Below are positions 38,316-48,060 of a stretch of 64,000 nt of DNA, piece by piece. Source of the stretch: Elusimicrobiota bacterium (GTDB lineage: Bacteria; Elusimicrobiota; Endomicrobiia; Endomicrobiales; JBDRNC01). Positions within the stretch are counted from its first letter, which is position 1. Each line of letters begins with the position of its first letter. The notes beneath the pieces are model-generated. The model was not told the origin of the DNA. It made no database searches and worked only from the letters and a program-made list of their open reading frames with translations. The translations under genes were made by a program, and so were the position numbers. Location: contig JBDRNC010000039.1 of NCBI GenBank assembly GCA_043811535.1, positions 64,001 through 128,000 of the forward strand, read 5' to 3'.

Positions 38316-39788
38316 TTATTTGGAGGTTAGTATTGTTTTTAGTTCTTCAGCAATCACTTCAGCGGCGATTTTTGTCCCTTGCGGCGACCAGTGGATTAAA
38401 TCATAAATATCATAAAGCATAACCGGCGGCTTCTTGTCGATTTTCCTGCGGAATGCCGGCAAGAGATCAATAAAAATAATGCTGTTGTCTTTTGCGAATG
38501 CCCGCAACGCGTTAAACTGCATGGCGGCTCTGTGATCCGACTGCTTTTCAGGCTCGGTCAAGATTCCCCGGTATATTTCATATGAACTTGGATTATACAT
38601 GATTGCTATCCTAGGAGGGTGTTTCACGGCGCGGGCGGCTCTTAGAAGCATTTTGTAGTTATTCAAAGTATTTTCAATTCCGAAATTCATCCATTCATCG
38701 TATTTTTCAGGCTTTACGAAATAATAATTAGCCGGAGCAAAAAAATCATAGTTTCTTTCCCGTATCTTGCGGGCCCAGTAGCCTTTTTCGTAACCAAACA
38801 AACCTTTTATTGATTTTATAATATTGCGCGTTAGAGCCAGTGTCAGGTTATTTATCCTGATTGGAGTCAGAAAATTCGTTTCGCCTTGATGCTGGCTCTC
38901 ATTGTTGATGATATCCATATATTTTACGGAACGAGCGAATAATAACTCCCTTTCAACCGGGGAGAATCTTGTTTCAAATCTGCAGGAGGGATTGCTTTTT
39001 ACAACATCGTCTTCATTCGCTTCGCAGATATCGTTGCCCGAAAAGAATTCTAAAACAACTAATTTTGGGTGTTTCGGCAAAGCATAGATCGTCAACGCCA
39101 TGGCTTTCTGATAAGAATCGTAACTTCCCGTAGACAGGTTCCATAGAGAAAATGGCAGAATGGCTTTAACCTGCTCCAAACAGGAGGGCATTCCGACGCC
39201 TTGCATCACGGAATCCCCGGAAACAAAGATATCAATGGATTTCGCCGCATTATACGCGCCGCGGTTGAGATTCAAATACCCGGTTTCGTCAACAATAGCT
39301 TCATAGTTCGTATTATCAGCAAGCCGCCTCCGGTGGATGGATCCGGGCTGGCGGCGGTAAAATATCGGGTAGCTGTCGCTTCCTATGAAAATCTCGTCCT
39401 TTAACTGTGTTTTCAGCTTTCTTACGGCATATTTCTGTAAACGCGAGCTTAATTCAAGTTGACGGCAGAAATTCAGGCCGGTTAGATTTTGAATGGAAAA
39501 TATGGATTCCGCAAAAATTATGTAAATGAATATACATAACGAAAATGAAAAAAACAGACTCATTGCATTTTCGGAATTCCTAAAATAGTAATATACGGTA
39601 TAGTAGACCGCGCAGCAACATAAAATAATAACCGCTCCTATCAGTATGCCCTTGTTGACTCCACCGATGAAGAGTATCGGCCACAATAGAACACTTGCGG
39701 TTATATTGAAGACATGAATTAATACGGGAACTTTCCGGAAACTATTTTTGCTTTCCGCACTTCTGTTGATTTTGCTTTCATCCGGCAT
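38316..39788 (-). CDS. Membrane-anchored SGNH-family protein (AlgJ/AlgX-like O-acyltransferase or esterase)
   Basis: N-terminal TM segments, SGDS (block I), GND (block III), DLIH (block V). Confidence 0.75.
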   Translation of the reverse strand: MPDESKINRSAESKNSFRKVPVLIHVFNITASVLLWPILFIGGVNKGILIGAVIILCCCAVYYTVYYYFRNSENAMSLFFSFSLCIFIYIIFAESIFSIQNLTGLNFCRQLELSSRLQKYAVRKLKTQLKDEIFIGSDSYPIFYRRQPGSIHRRRLADNTNYEAIVDETGYLNLNRGAYNAAKSIDIFVSGDSVMQGVGMPSCLEQVKAILPFSLWNLSTGSYDSYQKAMALTIYALPKHPKLVVLEFFSGNDICEANEDDVVKSNPSCRFETRFSPVERELLFARSVKYMDIINNESQHQGETNFLTPIRINNLTLALTRNIIKSIKGLFGYEKGYWARKIRERNYDFFAPANYYFVKPEKYDEWMNFGIENTLNNYKMLLRAARAVKHPPRIAIMYNPSSYEIYRGILTEPEKQSDHRAAMQFNALRAFAKDNSIIFIDLLPAFRRKIDKKPPVMLYDIYDLIHWSPQGTKIAAEVIAEELKTILTSK

Positions 39789-39852
39789 ATATTATTCCTC
39801 GATTAAATGTAAATATTATGGCCGATTAATATCAATGCAAGGCTGATGGCCA

Positions 39853-41175
39853 TCAATTCGCCGAAATTAAATGTTCTTCTTTGTTTTTCAGAAACAATTT
39901 GGAGAGCCCATATGCGAAAAAGATGCATAAGAACGGCTGGATGGGATATCTGGAGACTAAACCTGACTCTATACCTATGGATACGTGTACCATAGAATAA
40001 TAGAGTATGAAAAGCAGGATAATGCCGGTTTTCTTCCATAATTTAACGGAAAGAAAAATCCCAGCGAATGCCAGAGGCATTACTATTATCCATTGAATTG
40101 TCTTGTAGATTTTAGCGAAAAGTCTGTTGGGGCTGCGGAACGGTCCCCAAAATACCAGCAATCTCTTAGAGGTCGCCAGGGCATATCTTACCGGATGTGT
40201 TTTTACATACCTGAAAATTTTGGCGGATAGATTGTCTTGTGAATTCATATATGAGTTGAATTCTTCGGCGTTGTCGCATTTATTGTTTTCAAAATTGAAA
40301 AAGGCGTCCGATCCTTCGTCGGTCAAAGGCGTGAATTTATCGAATATTTTATAGTTATAGTAGGACCAGGGAAGCAGAATAATGACGAAAATAAGCCCGA
40401 ATAGGCACGCAGCCAGGAGCCCCCTTTTTTTATCGCTTGAAAAAAATATGATTTCCCATCCGAAGATAAACGGCAAGAACGCGATGAAAGTCATTCTTGT
40501 AAGCGTAGCCAGCCCGAATATGAAGGCGCTTAGAGAGATAAGCGGTATGCTGCCGCGCTCATTCCCTTTCAGTAAAGCTAAAAAGCCGGCTAGCAGTAAG
40601 AAAATATACAGCGTTTCCGTGCGAATCTGGTGTGTCCACAGTATTAAATCCGGGTAAAGCGCCATGGCGAGGGCGGCAATCAGTCCGATCTTGCTGCCAA
40701 AAAAGCGTTTTCCAAGAAAAAAAACGAACACGCAGGAAAGACCGGCGATGATAAGCTGAGGAATGAAATATGACAGAGTATCCGGTCCGCCTATCTTAAT
40801 GCACGCCGCCAGAAAAAGCGGATATAAAGGCGGGACGAATTTATGCGCTATATAACCGCCGGGAAGGTATTTAAAGTCCCCGTGCGTCTGATCCCACGGC
40901 CTTCCGTCTTTTATGGTCGCGCTGAAATCGTGCCAGGGCAAATTCATTATGGCGTATTGCTTCGTTTCCAGAATGCCTTTAGCTGTGATTACGTACCAAA
41001 AGGAATCGTTCATAAGGAGGTAGTAAAAATCATGACCGGTTATACGCAGCGGATAATCATGAAGCAGTTTTTCCCTGTATACCCCGCCCATTCTTAGCAG
41101 CACTGCTATAATGAAAATAACGACGAGGGCTCTCTTCTCATCGCCGAATAATTTCGAGAAAATGTTTTTGTTCAC
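39853..41175 (-). CDS. Integral membrane GT-C glycosyltransferase (ArnT/PMT-like)
   Basis: NDSFWY loop, PPLYP, TETL, GLATLTR, PW..YN, RY..IQP. GTG start at 41175 follows a GGAG SD. Confidence 0.8.
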   Translation of the reverse strand: MNKNIFSKLFGDEKRALVVIFIIAVLLRMGGVYREKLLHDYPLRITGHDFYYLLMNDSFWYVITAKGILETKQYAIMNLPWHDFSATIKDGRPWDQTHGDFKYLPGGYIAHKFVPPLYPLFLAACIKIGGPDTLSYFIPQLIIAGLSCVFVFFLGKRFFGSKIGLIAALAMALYPDLILWTHQIRTETLYIFLLLAGFLALLKGNERGSIPLISLSAFIFGLATLTRMTFIAFLPFIFGWEIIFFSSDKKRGLLAACLFGLIFVIILLPWSYYNYKIFDKFTPLTDEGSDAFFNFENNKCDNAEEFNSYMNSQDNLSAKIFRYVKTHPVRYALATSKRLLVFWGPFRSPNRLFAKIYKTIQWIIVMPLAFAGIFLSVKLWKKTGIILLFILYYSMVHVSIGIESGLVSRYPIQPFLCIFFAYGLSKLFLKNKEEHLISAN

Positions 41176-41192
41176 AAAAGCTCCGATAATAT

Positions 41193-42599
41193 TTAATCTA
41201 CAACGATATATCCCGTGAAACAATCACGAAGGGATTTTCTGTTTTTCCGTTTTTTTTCAATAAAATCCGCGGTTTTGTACCCAATATCAAGACAATCAAG
41301 CATGCCAGTATAATCAAATCCGCCGGTCCTGCCGATGCTGTAGAAATTGTCTATCGAGTCAAGAAAACCGAAAACGACGGATTTGTTTTCCTTATAATTC
41401 AGGTCATAAATTGGATAAGTGCCGGTCAGGCGCTTGTCGAAATGCTTCAAAACGTCTTCGGCTTTTATGAGTCCGCATTTTTTCAGGTCATTTACGACTT
41501 TTAAGAAGATTTCATTTTCACTTGTTTTCCACAGCGGATTGTCCTCCGCGCAGGTTATTTCCGCGCATAACGCGGTCGTGGCTTGTGGGACCATGTAACT
41601 GCTGAAGTTTTTTTGCTCAAATACCCGGTTGAAAACATACTCTTTTTCCGGGAAAAACAGCCAGTTGTCGCCCGATATACCCGGTTTGTTGATGATTAAA
41701 TATTCAAGTATCAGGTTATTCGTTTTCAAAAGAACGATAGCATCCCTGACATTCTGCGGGATGGCCGGGGTGTTTTTCGCGAGGTCGCTGAGCGGCATCG
41801 TGCTTATGACGGCGTTGTCCTTTCCGACGGGATATTCTTTCCCAAGAGTAGAAGTAAACGATGTTACGGAACCGCCGGACAGATTTACGCGCTTTATCCC
41901 CTCGTTAAGCCTGATCTCCCCCCCGTTGCCGGTTATTCTCTTTGCAAGGCTTTCGCAAAGCACCGATGAACCGTGTTTTGCGTAATAAAACTCCGAAGCG
42001 TGCAGAGTTACGTTCTTATCCTTAATACCAAGCACCATTTGAGTGAACATTTTATAAAGGTTGGGCACAACTATGCGAGTCTCGGCGAGTTCTTTATGAA
42101 GAGTTTCAGGATCGGCCCATATCTTTGCCGCGTAAGGTCCAAAAATCGCGCTGTAAATGGTTCTGCCGAATCTGTTTATCACCCAGTCCTTGTAAGTATT
42201 GTCAACCCCTTTTGATATGATGTTCTTTAGAATGATAAAGGCGTAATCAAACACGAATTTGACTGCGGTCAGAGGCTTTAGCCCGAGTATGATATCCTTT
42301 ATCCCTACGGGATAATTAAGGAACGTTTCCTGGAGCCTTATCCTGCTGCTCTTTTTCACGGTCAGCAGTTCTTCGCCCAATAATATTTTTGCTTCGCGCA
42401 TAGCGCCGGGCATGATGGAAAATATCTTGTGCGGTCCGAGATCCAGCAGGTAATCGTTCCAATTGAACGTAGCCGACATGCCCCCGACAAATCCGTTCTT
42501 TTCAAAGATAATGACTTTATAGCCCTTTTCTGCCAACGCTTTTCCGGCGGATAAGCCGGTTATTCCCGCGCCGAAAATGTATATATTGCCTTTTTGCAT
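41193..42599 (-). CDS. FAD-dependent oxidoreductase (protoporphyrinogen oxidase/UDP-galactopyranose mutase-like)
   Basis: IFGAGITGL, E...VGG, DLGPH.F, IGRTG. Start placed at ATG 42599. Confidence 0.85.
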   Translation of the reverse strand: MQKGNIYIFGAGITGLSAGKALAEKGYKVIIFEKNGFVGGMSATFNWNDYLLDLGPHKIFSIMPGAMREAKILLGEELLTVKKSSRIRLQETFLNYPVGIKDIILGLKPLTAVKFVFDYAFIILKNIISKGVDNTYKDWVINRFGRTIYSAIFGPYAAKIWADPETLHKELAETRIVVPNLYKMFTQMVLGIKDKNVTLHASEFYYAKHGSSVLCESLAKRITGNGGEIRLNEGIKRVNLSGGSVTSFTSTLGKEYPVGKDNAVISTMPLSDLAKNTPAIPQNVRDAIVLLKTNNLILEYLIINKPGISGDNWLFFPEKEYVFNRVFEQKNFSSYMVPQATTALCAEITCAEDNPLWKTSENEIFLKVVNDLKKCGLIKAEDVLKHFDKRLTGTYPIYDLNYKENKSVVFGFLDSIDNFYSIGRTGGFDYTGMLDCLDIGYKTADFIEKKRKNRKSLRDCFTGYIVVD

Positions 42600-42600
42600 G

Positions 42601-43536
42601 TTATTTCTTTCTTGAAATGACGTTAGTCTGGCTGGCGTAATATTTAATCTGAGTGTTTCCAACCCCAAGAACACTGAACGCGGATTGGGCGATCTTTGAC
42701 AGCGGCTTGCTGTACAAAGCAAGCATTTTCGCCAGGTGGCCAAGTTCCATGCCTTGGAAATGCATTTTTGACTTTATTACTTCAAAGCCCGTCTTCACAA
42801 GTATCTTTTTCATGGAATTCCTGTCGAAATAATACAAGTGGCCCGACAGTAAAAACCACCATTTTCTGCCGGCCAGCCTGCTTAACGGAACCCCTATGTC
42901 GGGATAATTGATTATAAGCACGCCGCCGGGCTTCAGTATCCTGTTTATCTCGGCCAGTTCCGATGACGGGTCGGACGTGTGTTCCAAAACGTCCCACATA
43001 GTTACGGCGTCAAAATGGCTGTCCGGAAAATGAATATCTTTCAGAAGACCCGGTTTAATGTCGAGGTTATAACGCTTGTTCCCATAGTCGCTAAGCCATT
43101 GCGATAACTCGGTTCCGTGCACATCCCATCCGTCGTCGCGCGCCGCTTTCAGGAAAAATCCGGCGGCTGCGCCCACATCAAGGATCTTGCCCTTTTTGGG
43201 GACGTAACTGTCTACGAGCCTAATGTAATCCTTGAAAGTCTTTTCCCTGGCATCCGCCTGGGACACGTATAATTCATCCGTTGATTTTCTGTACGCGTTC
43301 GTGACAATATCATCTTTTACCCTTGGCTGAACATATATGAGCCCGCACTTGCTGCATTTGACTATCTGCTGGGTTCCCATGACGCTGCCGGAAGCCGAAA
43401 AAATATTGTCAACATTATATTCCGTTACGGACGGGTAATATTTAATCCGGTAATCATCGGAGCCGCATAAGTTACAGTTTATATTCTCAAAAATTGATTT
43501 ATTTTCCATTTTTTTATCTGTATATTTATTTTCCAT
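42601..43536 (-). CDS. Class I SAM-dependent methyltransferase with N-terminal Zn-binding CxxC pairs
   Basis: CNLC...CSKC, ILDVGAAAG, WDVLEH, LKPGG, HLYYF. Confidence 0.9.
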   Translation of the reverse strand: MENKYTDKKMENKSIFENINCNLCGSDDYRIKYYPSVTEYNVDNIFSASGSVMGTQQIVKCSKCGLIYVQPRVKDDIVTNAYRKSTDELYVSQADAREKTFKDYIRLVDSYVPKKGKILDVGAAAGFFLKAARDDGWDVHGTELSQWLSDYGNKRYNLDIKPGLLKDIHFPDSHFDAVTMWDVLEHTSDPSSELAEINRILKPGGVLIINYPDIGVPLSRLAGRKWWFLLSGHLYYFDRNSMKKILVKTGFEVIKSKMHFQGMELGHLAKMLALYSKPLSKIAQSAFSVLGVGNTQIKYYASQTNVISRKK

Positions 43537-44956
43537 AAATCCAGTTTAAGGACGCCCTTAAAAGCCCCGTTCCGCCTTTGAAATATGAAAACATAACTCT
43601 CGGGTTGGAAGCAAAGCCCATCATCCTGATAAGCTGCGGAATCCTTAAATAGTATTGGAAATAAGCTTTTCCCACAAATTTCATCAGTTCTTTAGACGTA
43701 AGTATTGTGTGCGAGTATTCAAAAGGCGCGTTGTCGCCAACTGAACACCAATTCTGCCAGTTAGTTATTCCTTTTACTTTATCGGAATAATATTTTATGA
43801 AAATAGGCGTTCCCGGAAAAGGTATTAAAACGCCGAAAGCGGATATAACGGCTTTTAAAGAGATAGCAAAGTTTATTGTTTCCTTTAATGTTTTCTCGGT
43901 TTCGCCGGGACAGCCGATTATAAACGAATTAAGATAACGTATCCCGACTTTCCTGCACATCGCGCAGGTTTCTTCTATCTGTTTTAAATTAATGCCCTTC
44001 TTGATATTATCCAATATTTGCTGACTTCCACTTTCTATGCCGAAAAGTATGAAAACGCACCCGGATTTTTTCATTAATCTAAGCAATTCTTCGTCATGCA
44101 GCTGGTCAATTCTGCCGAAAATAAACCAGGATATTTCAAGATTTCGGCTTAATATCTCATTGCAAATGCCCGTAACCCTGGATTTCTCAGCCGCAAAATT
44201 ATCGTCAACAATATGAAAATGCCTGACCCCGTACTTTTTTACAAGAAACTCGAGCTCGTCAACAAAGTATTTAATTCCGTTGGGCCTGAATTTGCGACCG
44301 GTAGTGATATTGCCGCAGAAAGTGCAACTTGACGGGCAGCCGCGGCTGGACATAACTGTGGCATGCAGCCTGCCTCTTTCGAACTGGGGATGAAGCCTGT
44401 ACCATTTCAAATCCACCAAATCCCTTGCCGGGTAGGGAATTTCGTCCAAGTTTTCAATAAAACCGGACCTTTTGTTTTTAATGATATTGCCGTTTTTTCT
44501 AAAGCAAACTGAAGGGATCTTTGAAGGGTCAAAGCTTTTATTTTCAATAACATCACATATATCTGCCGTGACATACTCGCCTTCCCCAAGCACCAAAAAA
44601 TCTATCTCAGGGCAATCCTGCAGGCTTTTTTCCGGCAATGCGGTTACATGCACGCCCCCTGCCATAACCGGACAGCCTATGTTCCGTTTGATTTCCTTTG
44701 CCCATAAGCAGGCATTATCAAAATTAGCCGTTACACTGCTTAAACCTGCTAAATCAGGATTGAATTGCTTAATTCTCTTAATGGCTTCGTAGAGTGATAA
44801 ACCTTCAGCTTCAGGATCAACGAGCATTACTTCATGGCCTCTTTGTCTGACAACACTTGCTATGTATCCGAGTCCTAAAGGAAAGCTGGAATTCTTTCCG
44901 GACCTTATTTTCCCGTAAACATCAAGATAAGGGGTATTGATTAAGCATAATTTCAT
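43526..44956 (-). CDS. B12-binding-domain radical SAM protein
   Basis: FPLGLGY, AGGVH, GEGE, SRGCPSSCTFC, DDNF, GIESGSQ, PFPGT. Confidence 0.94.
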   Translation of the reverse strand: MKLCLINTPYLDVYGKIRSGKNSSFPLGLGYIASVVRQRGHEVMLVDPEAEGLSLYEAIKRIKQFNPDLAGLSSVTANFDNACLWAKEIKRNIGCPVMAGGVHVTALPEKSLQDCPEIDFLVLGEGEYVTADICDVIENKSFDPSKIPSVCFRKNGNIIKNKRSGFIENLDEIPYPARDLVDLKWYRLHPQFERGRLHATVMSSRGCPSSCTFCGNITTGRKFRPNGIKYFVDELEFLVKKYGVRHFHIVDDNFAAEKSRVTGICNEILSRNLEISWFIFGRIDQLHDEELLRLMKKSGCVFILFGIESGSQQILDNIKKGINLKQIEETCAMCRKVGIRYLNSFIIGCPGETEKTLKETINFAISLKAVISAFGVLIPFPGTPIFIKYYSDKVKGITNWQNWCSVGDNAPFEYSHTILTSKELMKFVGKAYFQYYLRIPQLIRMMGFASNPRVMFSYFKGGTGLLRASLNWIYGK

Positions 44957-45648
44957 ATATTGATAAATCTGTATTTAAGCAGCTTCCAGACTGCTTCAAA
45001 ACCATGTCTCCAGTGTATTTTCTTCCCTTCGTGGAAAGAACGGGGATTGAACTTCACGGGAACCTCATGTATTTTTATATTTTTACGGCATACTTTTGCC
45101 GTTATTTCCGGACAGATGTCAAAGCCCTCGCACTCAAGATTCAGGGATTTGTATAATTCGAGGTTCATTACTTTATATCCGCAAGCTTCATCAGAAATAT
45201 TCGCATTAAACAGAATATTGGCCAGGAAAGTCACGCACCAATTGGCGAATTTGCTGTAAGATGGCATATTACCGTACCCATTGGCAAACCTGGTGCCGAA
45301 AACAACTTCAGCATCATTTTTAAATGGCCTCAACAGATGTATGTAGTCTTCGGGATTAAGTTCCAAATCGGCATCCTGGGTAATCACTATTTTGCCTCTG
45401 GCAGCTTTAAGGCCGGACTGGATGCTTGCGCCCTTTCCCTTGTTAGTCTCGTGAAAAACAACGCAAAAGCTGTCATCGGCAGCTTTCTTTATTTCCCTAG
45501 TTAATAAATCACGGGTGCCGTCAGTAGAACCGTCGCATACTATGATGATTTCCTTTGATATAGGCACTTTCCTGACAAGTTCAAGCAGTTTCAGGATTGT
45601 GTTCTTTTCGTTATAACACGGGATGATGACGGAAAGTTGATAGTCCAT
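44953..45648 (-). CDS. GT2 polyprenol-phosphate glycosyltransferase (DPM1-like, soluble)
   Basis: IIPCYNE, DGSTDGT, NKGKG, QDADLE, GTRF, EGKKI. Confidence 0.92.
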   Translation of the reverse strand: MDYQLSVIIPCYNEKNTILKLLELVRKVPISKEIIIVCDGSTDGTRDLLTREIKKAADDSFCVVFHETNKGKGASIQSGLKAARGKIVITQDADLELNPEDYIHLLRPFKNDAEVVFGTRFANGYGNMPSYSKFANWCVTFLANILFNANISDEACGYKVMNLELYKSLNLECEGFDICPEITAKVCRKNIKIHEVPVKFNPRSFHEGKKIHWRHGFEAVWKLLKYRFINI

Positions 45649-47097
45649 TTATACGCCAGCCCTCAACGAAGCCAGTTTGAATTTAAACGCCCTGGCAGGC
45701 GTCATTTCCATTTTTGTCCTATAGGTCCCGGCGAAAATCCTGATGACTTGCATAAAAGATTTGAACGGATGAAACAATATTTTCGTCAAGATAAACAAAA
45801 GGTACAATTTCAGGCGGTAATTATTAAGAAACTGAAAGTCCTTGCGCCATGCCGGCGAAAAAGTAAGCTCTGAAAGCGAGGAGAAGCCCTTGAAATCATT
45901 GTATATGCTTGAGCCCGGTACCGGGGTTATAAGGAACAGTGCGATCTCATCTACTCCGGCCTTTATAAGTTTAAAGAGTAATTCCTTTGTCTGCAAAAGG
46001 TCCTGTTTTGTTTCTCCGGGGAATCCAAGCACAAAACATGCCTGTGTGTAGACACCGGCGGTGTTCATGGATTTTATCAGTTTTACGGCGTGCTCTTTGT
46101 CAAATGCCTTATTCATGGAGTTCATCAGGGTTTCAGAACCTGATTCCGGAGAAATGGAGACGTAATTGCATCCGGACTCGCCCATGAGTCTTACGGTATC
46201 AGTATTTTTGATCGTTTCGGCTTTTGTTCCGGAGACAAGCTTCCAGATAATATCAAGCTTGTCGTCAATGACGCGCCTGGAGATCTCTATGATCCTGTCT
46301 TCTGACACAGTAGGATTCAAGTCTTCTATGTGGAATTCCCTCAACTTGAATTTCCCGGAAAACTGTTTCATTTCTGAAACGACGTTTTCCGCGCTCCTTC
46401 CCCTCCACTTGCCGCCGGTAGTTTTAGGGGAAACGCAGAAATTACATTTGTACGGGCATCCCCTAGAAGTCAACATGGGCAGGTATCTCTTTGTTTCAAG
46501 CGGTCCGTGCGCGTATCCAAGCCCCCAGTACTTTTCAAGCGGAAAAAGGTCCCAGGCCGGGAAAGGCAGTTCGTCCAGATTGTCTATAAAACCGCGGAAA
46601 ATCCTGGATCCGCCGGTATTTTTCTTTCTCATGCCGTCGAGCAGGACGGGTACGGCGTCTTCAGAGTCGCCGGTAATAAGAAAATCAATGCCGTTATTCA
46701 GGAATCCGTCTTTAATGGTTTCCAGAGAATACGCGCTTACCGCCTGGCTGTTTTCCATCAAAGCAACCATAGAACCGCTGTTTTCGTCTTTTATCCGTTT
46801 AACGGTGTTCATTATGGTGTTATGCGATATAAGGTTGTTCGCGTAAATAATAATTAGCTCGCTGTCTTTCGGTATCCGGCGGCGGATTTCATCGTAATTC
46901 AATCCCTGAATATACTGATTATTTTCCGAGCGCACGGAAGTAACGCCTTCGGCGAACGAATCAATGACCGTTAACTGTTCGTTCAGGGCCCGCAACTTTG
47001 CGGCCAAGTACGCCAGGCCGACAGGCATATAGATAATGCCTGTTGTAAAGATATCGTTTTTCTGAACGGCAAGGCAGGGATTTATCAGCGTGATCAT
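45649..47097 (-). CDS. Radical SAM protein with a degenerate B12-binding domain
   Basis: MPVGLAY, SRGCPYKCNFC, PESGS, GFPGET; lacks the GGxH loop. Confidence 0.88.
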   Translation of the reverse strand: MITLINPCLAVQKNDIFTTGIIYMPVGLAYLAAKLRALNEQLTVIDSFAEGVTSVRSENNQYIQGLNYDEIRRRIPKDSELIIIYANNLISHNTIMNTVKRIKDENSGSMVALMENSQAVSAYSLETIKDGFLNNGIDFLITGDSEDAVPVLLDGMRKKNTGGSRIFRGFIDNLDELPFPAWDLFPLEKYWGLGYAHGPLETKRYLPMLTSRGCPYKCNFCVSPKTTGGKWRGRSAENVVSEMKQFSGKFKLREFHIEDLNPTVSEDRIIEISRRVIDDKLDIIWKLVSGTKAETIKNTDTVRLMGESGCNYVSISPESGSETLMNSMNKAFDKEHAVKLIKSMNTAGVYTQACFVLGFPGETKQDLLQTKELLFKLIKAGVDEIALFLITPVPGSSIYNDFKGFSSLSELTFSPAWRKDFQFLNNYRLKLYLLFILTKILFHPFKSFMQVIRIFAGTYRTKMEMTPARAFKFKLASLRAGV

Positions 47098-47124
47098 GGA
47101 TTCAACGGTTTATTTCTCAGGATA

Positions 47125-48060
47125 TTATGAAAAACGTCTTGTCTTGAAGTATTCCATTGTATTCTGGATGCCTTCGTCAAGATTAATCTTGGGGGACCAT
47201 CTTAACGCCTTTTTTGCTTTTGTTATGTTCGGCCTTCTGACTTTCGGGTCGTCGACCGGAAGGGGTTTATAGATTATACTGGATTTGCTGTTGGTTATTC
47301 TGACGATGGCATTGGCCAGCTGATTGAGTGTTATTTCATGCGGGTTGCCGATGTTGCAGGGCTCGTTCAGGTTTGAATTTAGAAGCCGGTAAATGCCGTC
47401 AACAAGGTCGGAGACGTAGCAGAAGGACCTAGTCTGCTTTCCGTTGCCGAAAACCGTCACAGGTTTGTTCCTGAGCGCCTGGCAGATGAACTCCGGGACG
47501 GCGCGGCCGTCATGCGCGCGCATTCTCGGGCCGTAAGTGTTGAATATCCTGATTATCCTTACAGGTATCCTGTGATACCTGTGATAAGCCATCGTTATGG
47601 CTTCGGCAAATCGTTTTGCCTCATCGTAAACGCCCCTCGGGCCTATCGGGTTGACATTGCCCCAGTAGGTTTCCGGCTGGGGATTGACAAGCGGGTCGCC
47701 GTAAACCTCCGAAGTTGACGCGAGCATGAATATCGCTTTCTTGTGCTTCGCGAGCCCCAGCGCGTTGTGCGTGCCGAGAGCGCCGACCTTAAGCGTGGGT
47801 ATTGGATGTTTGAGGTAATCTATGGGGCTTGCCGGAGAAGCGAAATGAAGAATGGCGTCCAGCTTGCCGTGAACATCTATGAATTTCGTCACGTTATGTT
47901 TGACGAAGGAGAATTTTCTGTTCTTCATCAGATGCTTGATATTTTTCATGCTGCCCGTTATAAGATTGTCCATCGCGATAACGGTGTGCCCTTTCGCGAG
48001 GAAATAATCGCAGAGGTGCGATCCGATGAACCCGGCCCCGCCGGTTATTAGTACTCTCAT
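47125..48060 (-). CDS. uxs: UDP-glucuronate decarboxylase (UDP-xylose synthase)
   Basis: [56 protein letters not shown]. Confidence 0.93.
   Translation of the reverse strand: MRVLITGGAGFIGSHLCDYFLAKGHTVIAMDNLITGSMKNIKHLMKNRKFSFVKHNVTKFIDVHGKLDAILHFASPASPIDYLKHPIPTLKVGALGTHNALGLAKHKKAIFMLASTSEVYGDPLVNPQPETYWGNVNPIGPRGVYDEAKRFAEAITMAYHRYHRIPVRIIRIFNTYGPRMRAHDGRAVPEFICQALRNKPVTVFGNGKQTRSFCYVSDLVDGIYRLLNSNLNEPCNIGNPHEITLNQLANAIVRITNSKSSIIYKPLPVDDPKVRRPNITKAKKALRWSPKINLDEGIQNTMEYFKTRRFS

Noticed and set aside
39803..40039. 78-aa minus-strand ORF
   Set aside because: Mostly overlaps the GT-C gene in another frame; no support as a gene or as a frameshift.
42600..42743. N-terminal extensions in the ORF track (also at 8723, 16493, 21004, 37533, 41223, 49367, 52800, 61085)
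   Set aside because: They overlap upstream genes or repeats; downstream starts with an SD or tight stop-start coupling fit better.
46166..46846. 226-aa plus-strand ORF
   Set aside because: Antisense shadow of a radical SAM gene.
11119..47097. BchE or hopanoid (HpnJ/HpnP) function for the B12-rSAMs
   Set aside because: No photosynthesis or hopanoid genes in the window; they share only the domain architecture.
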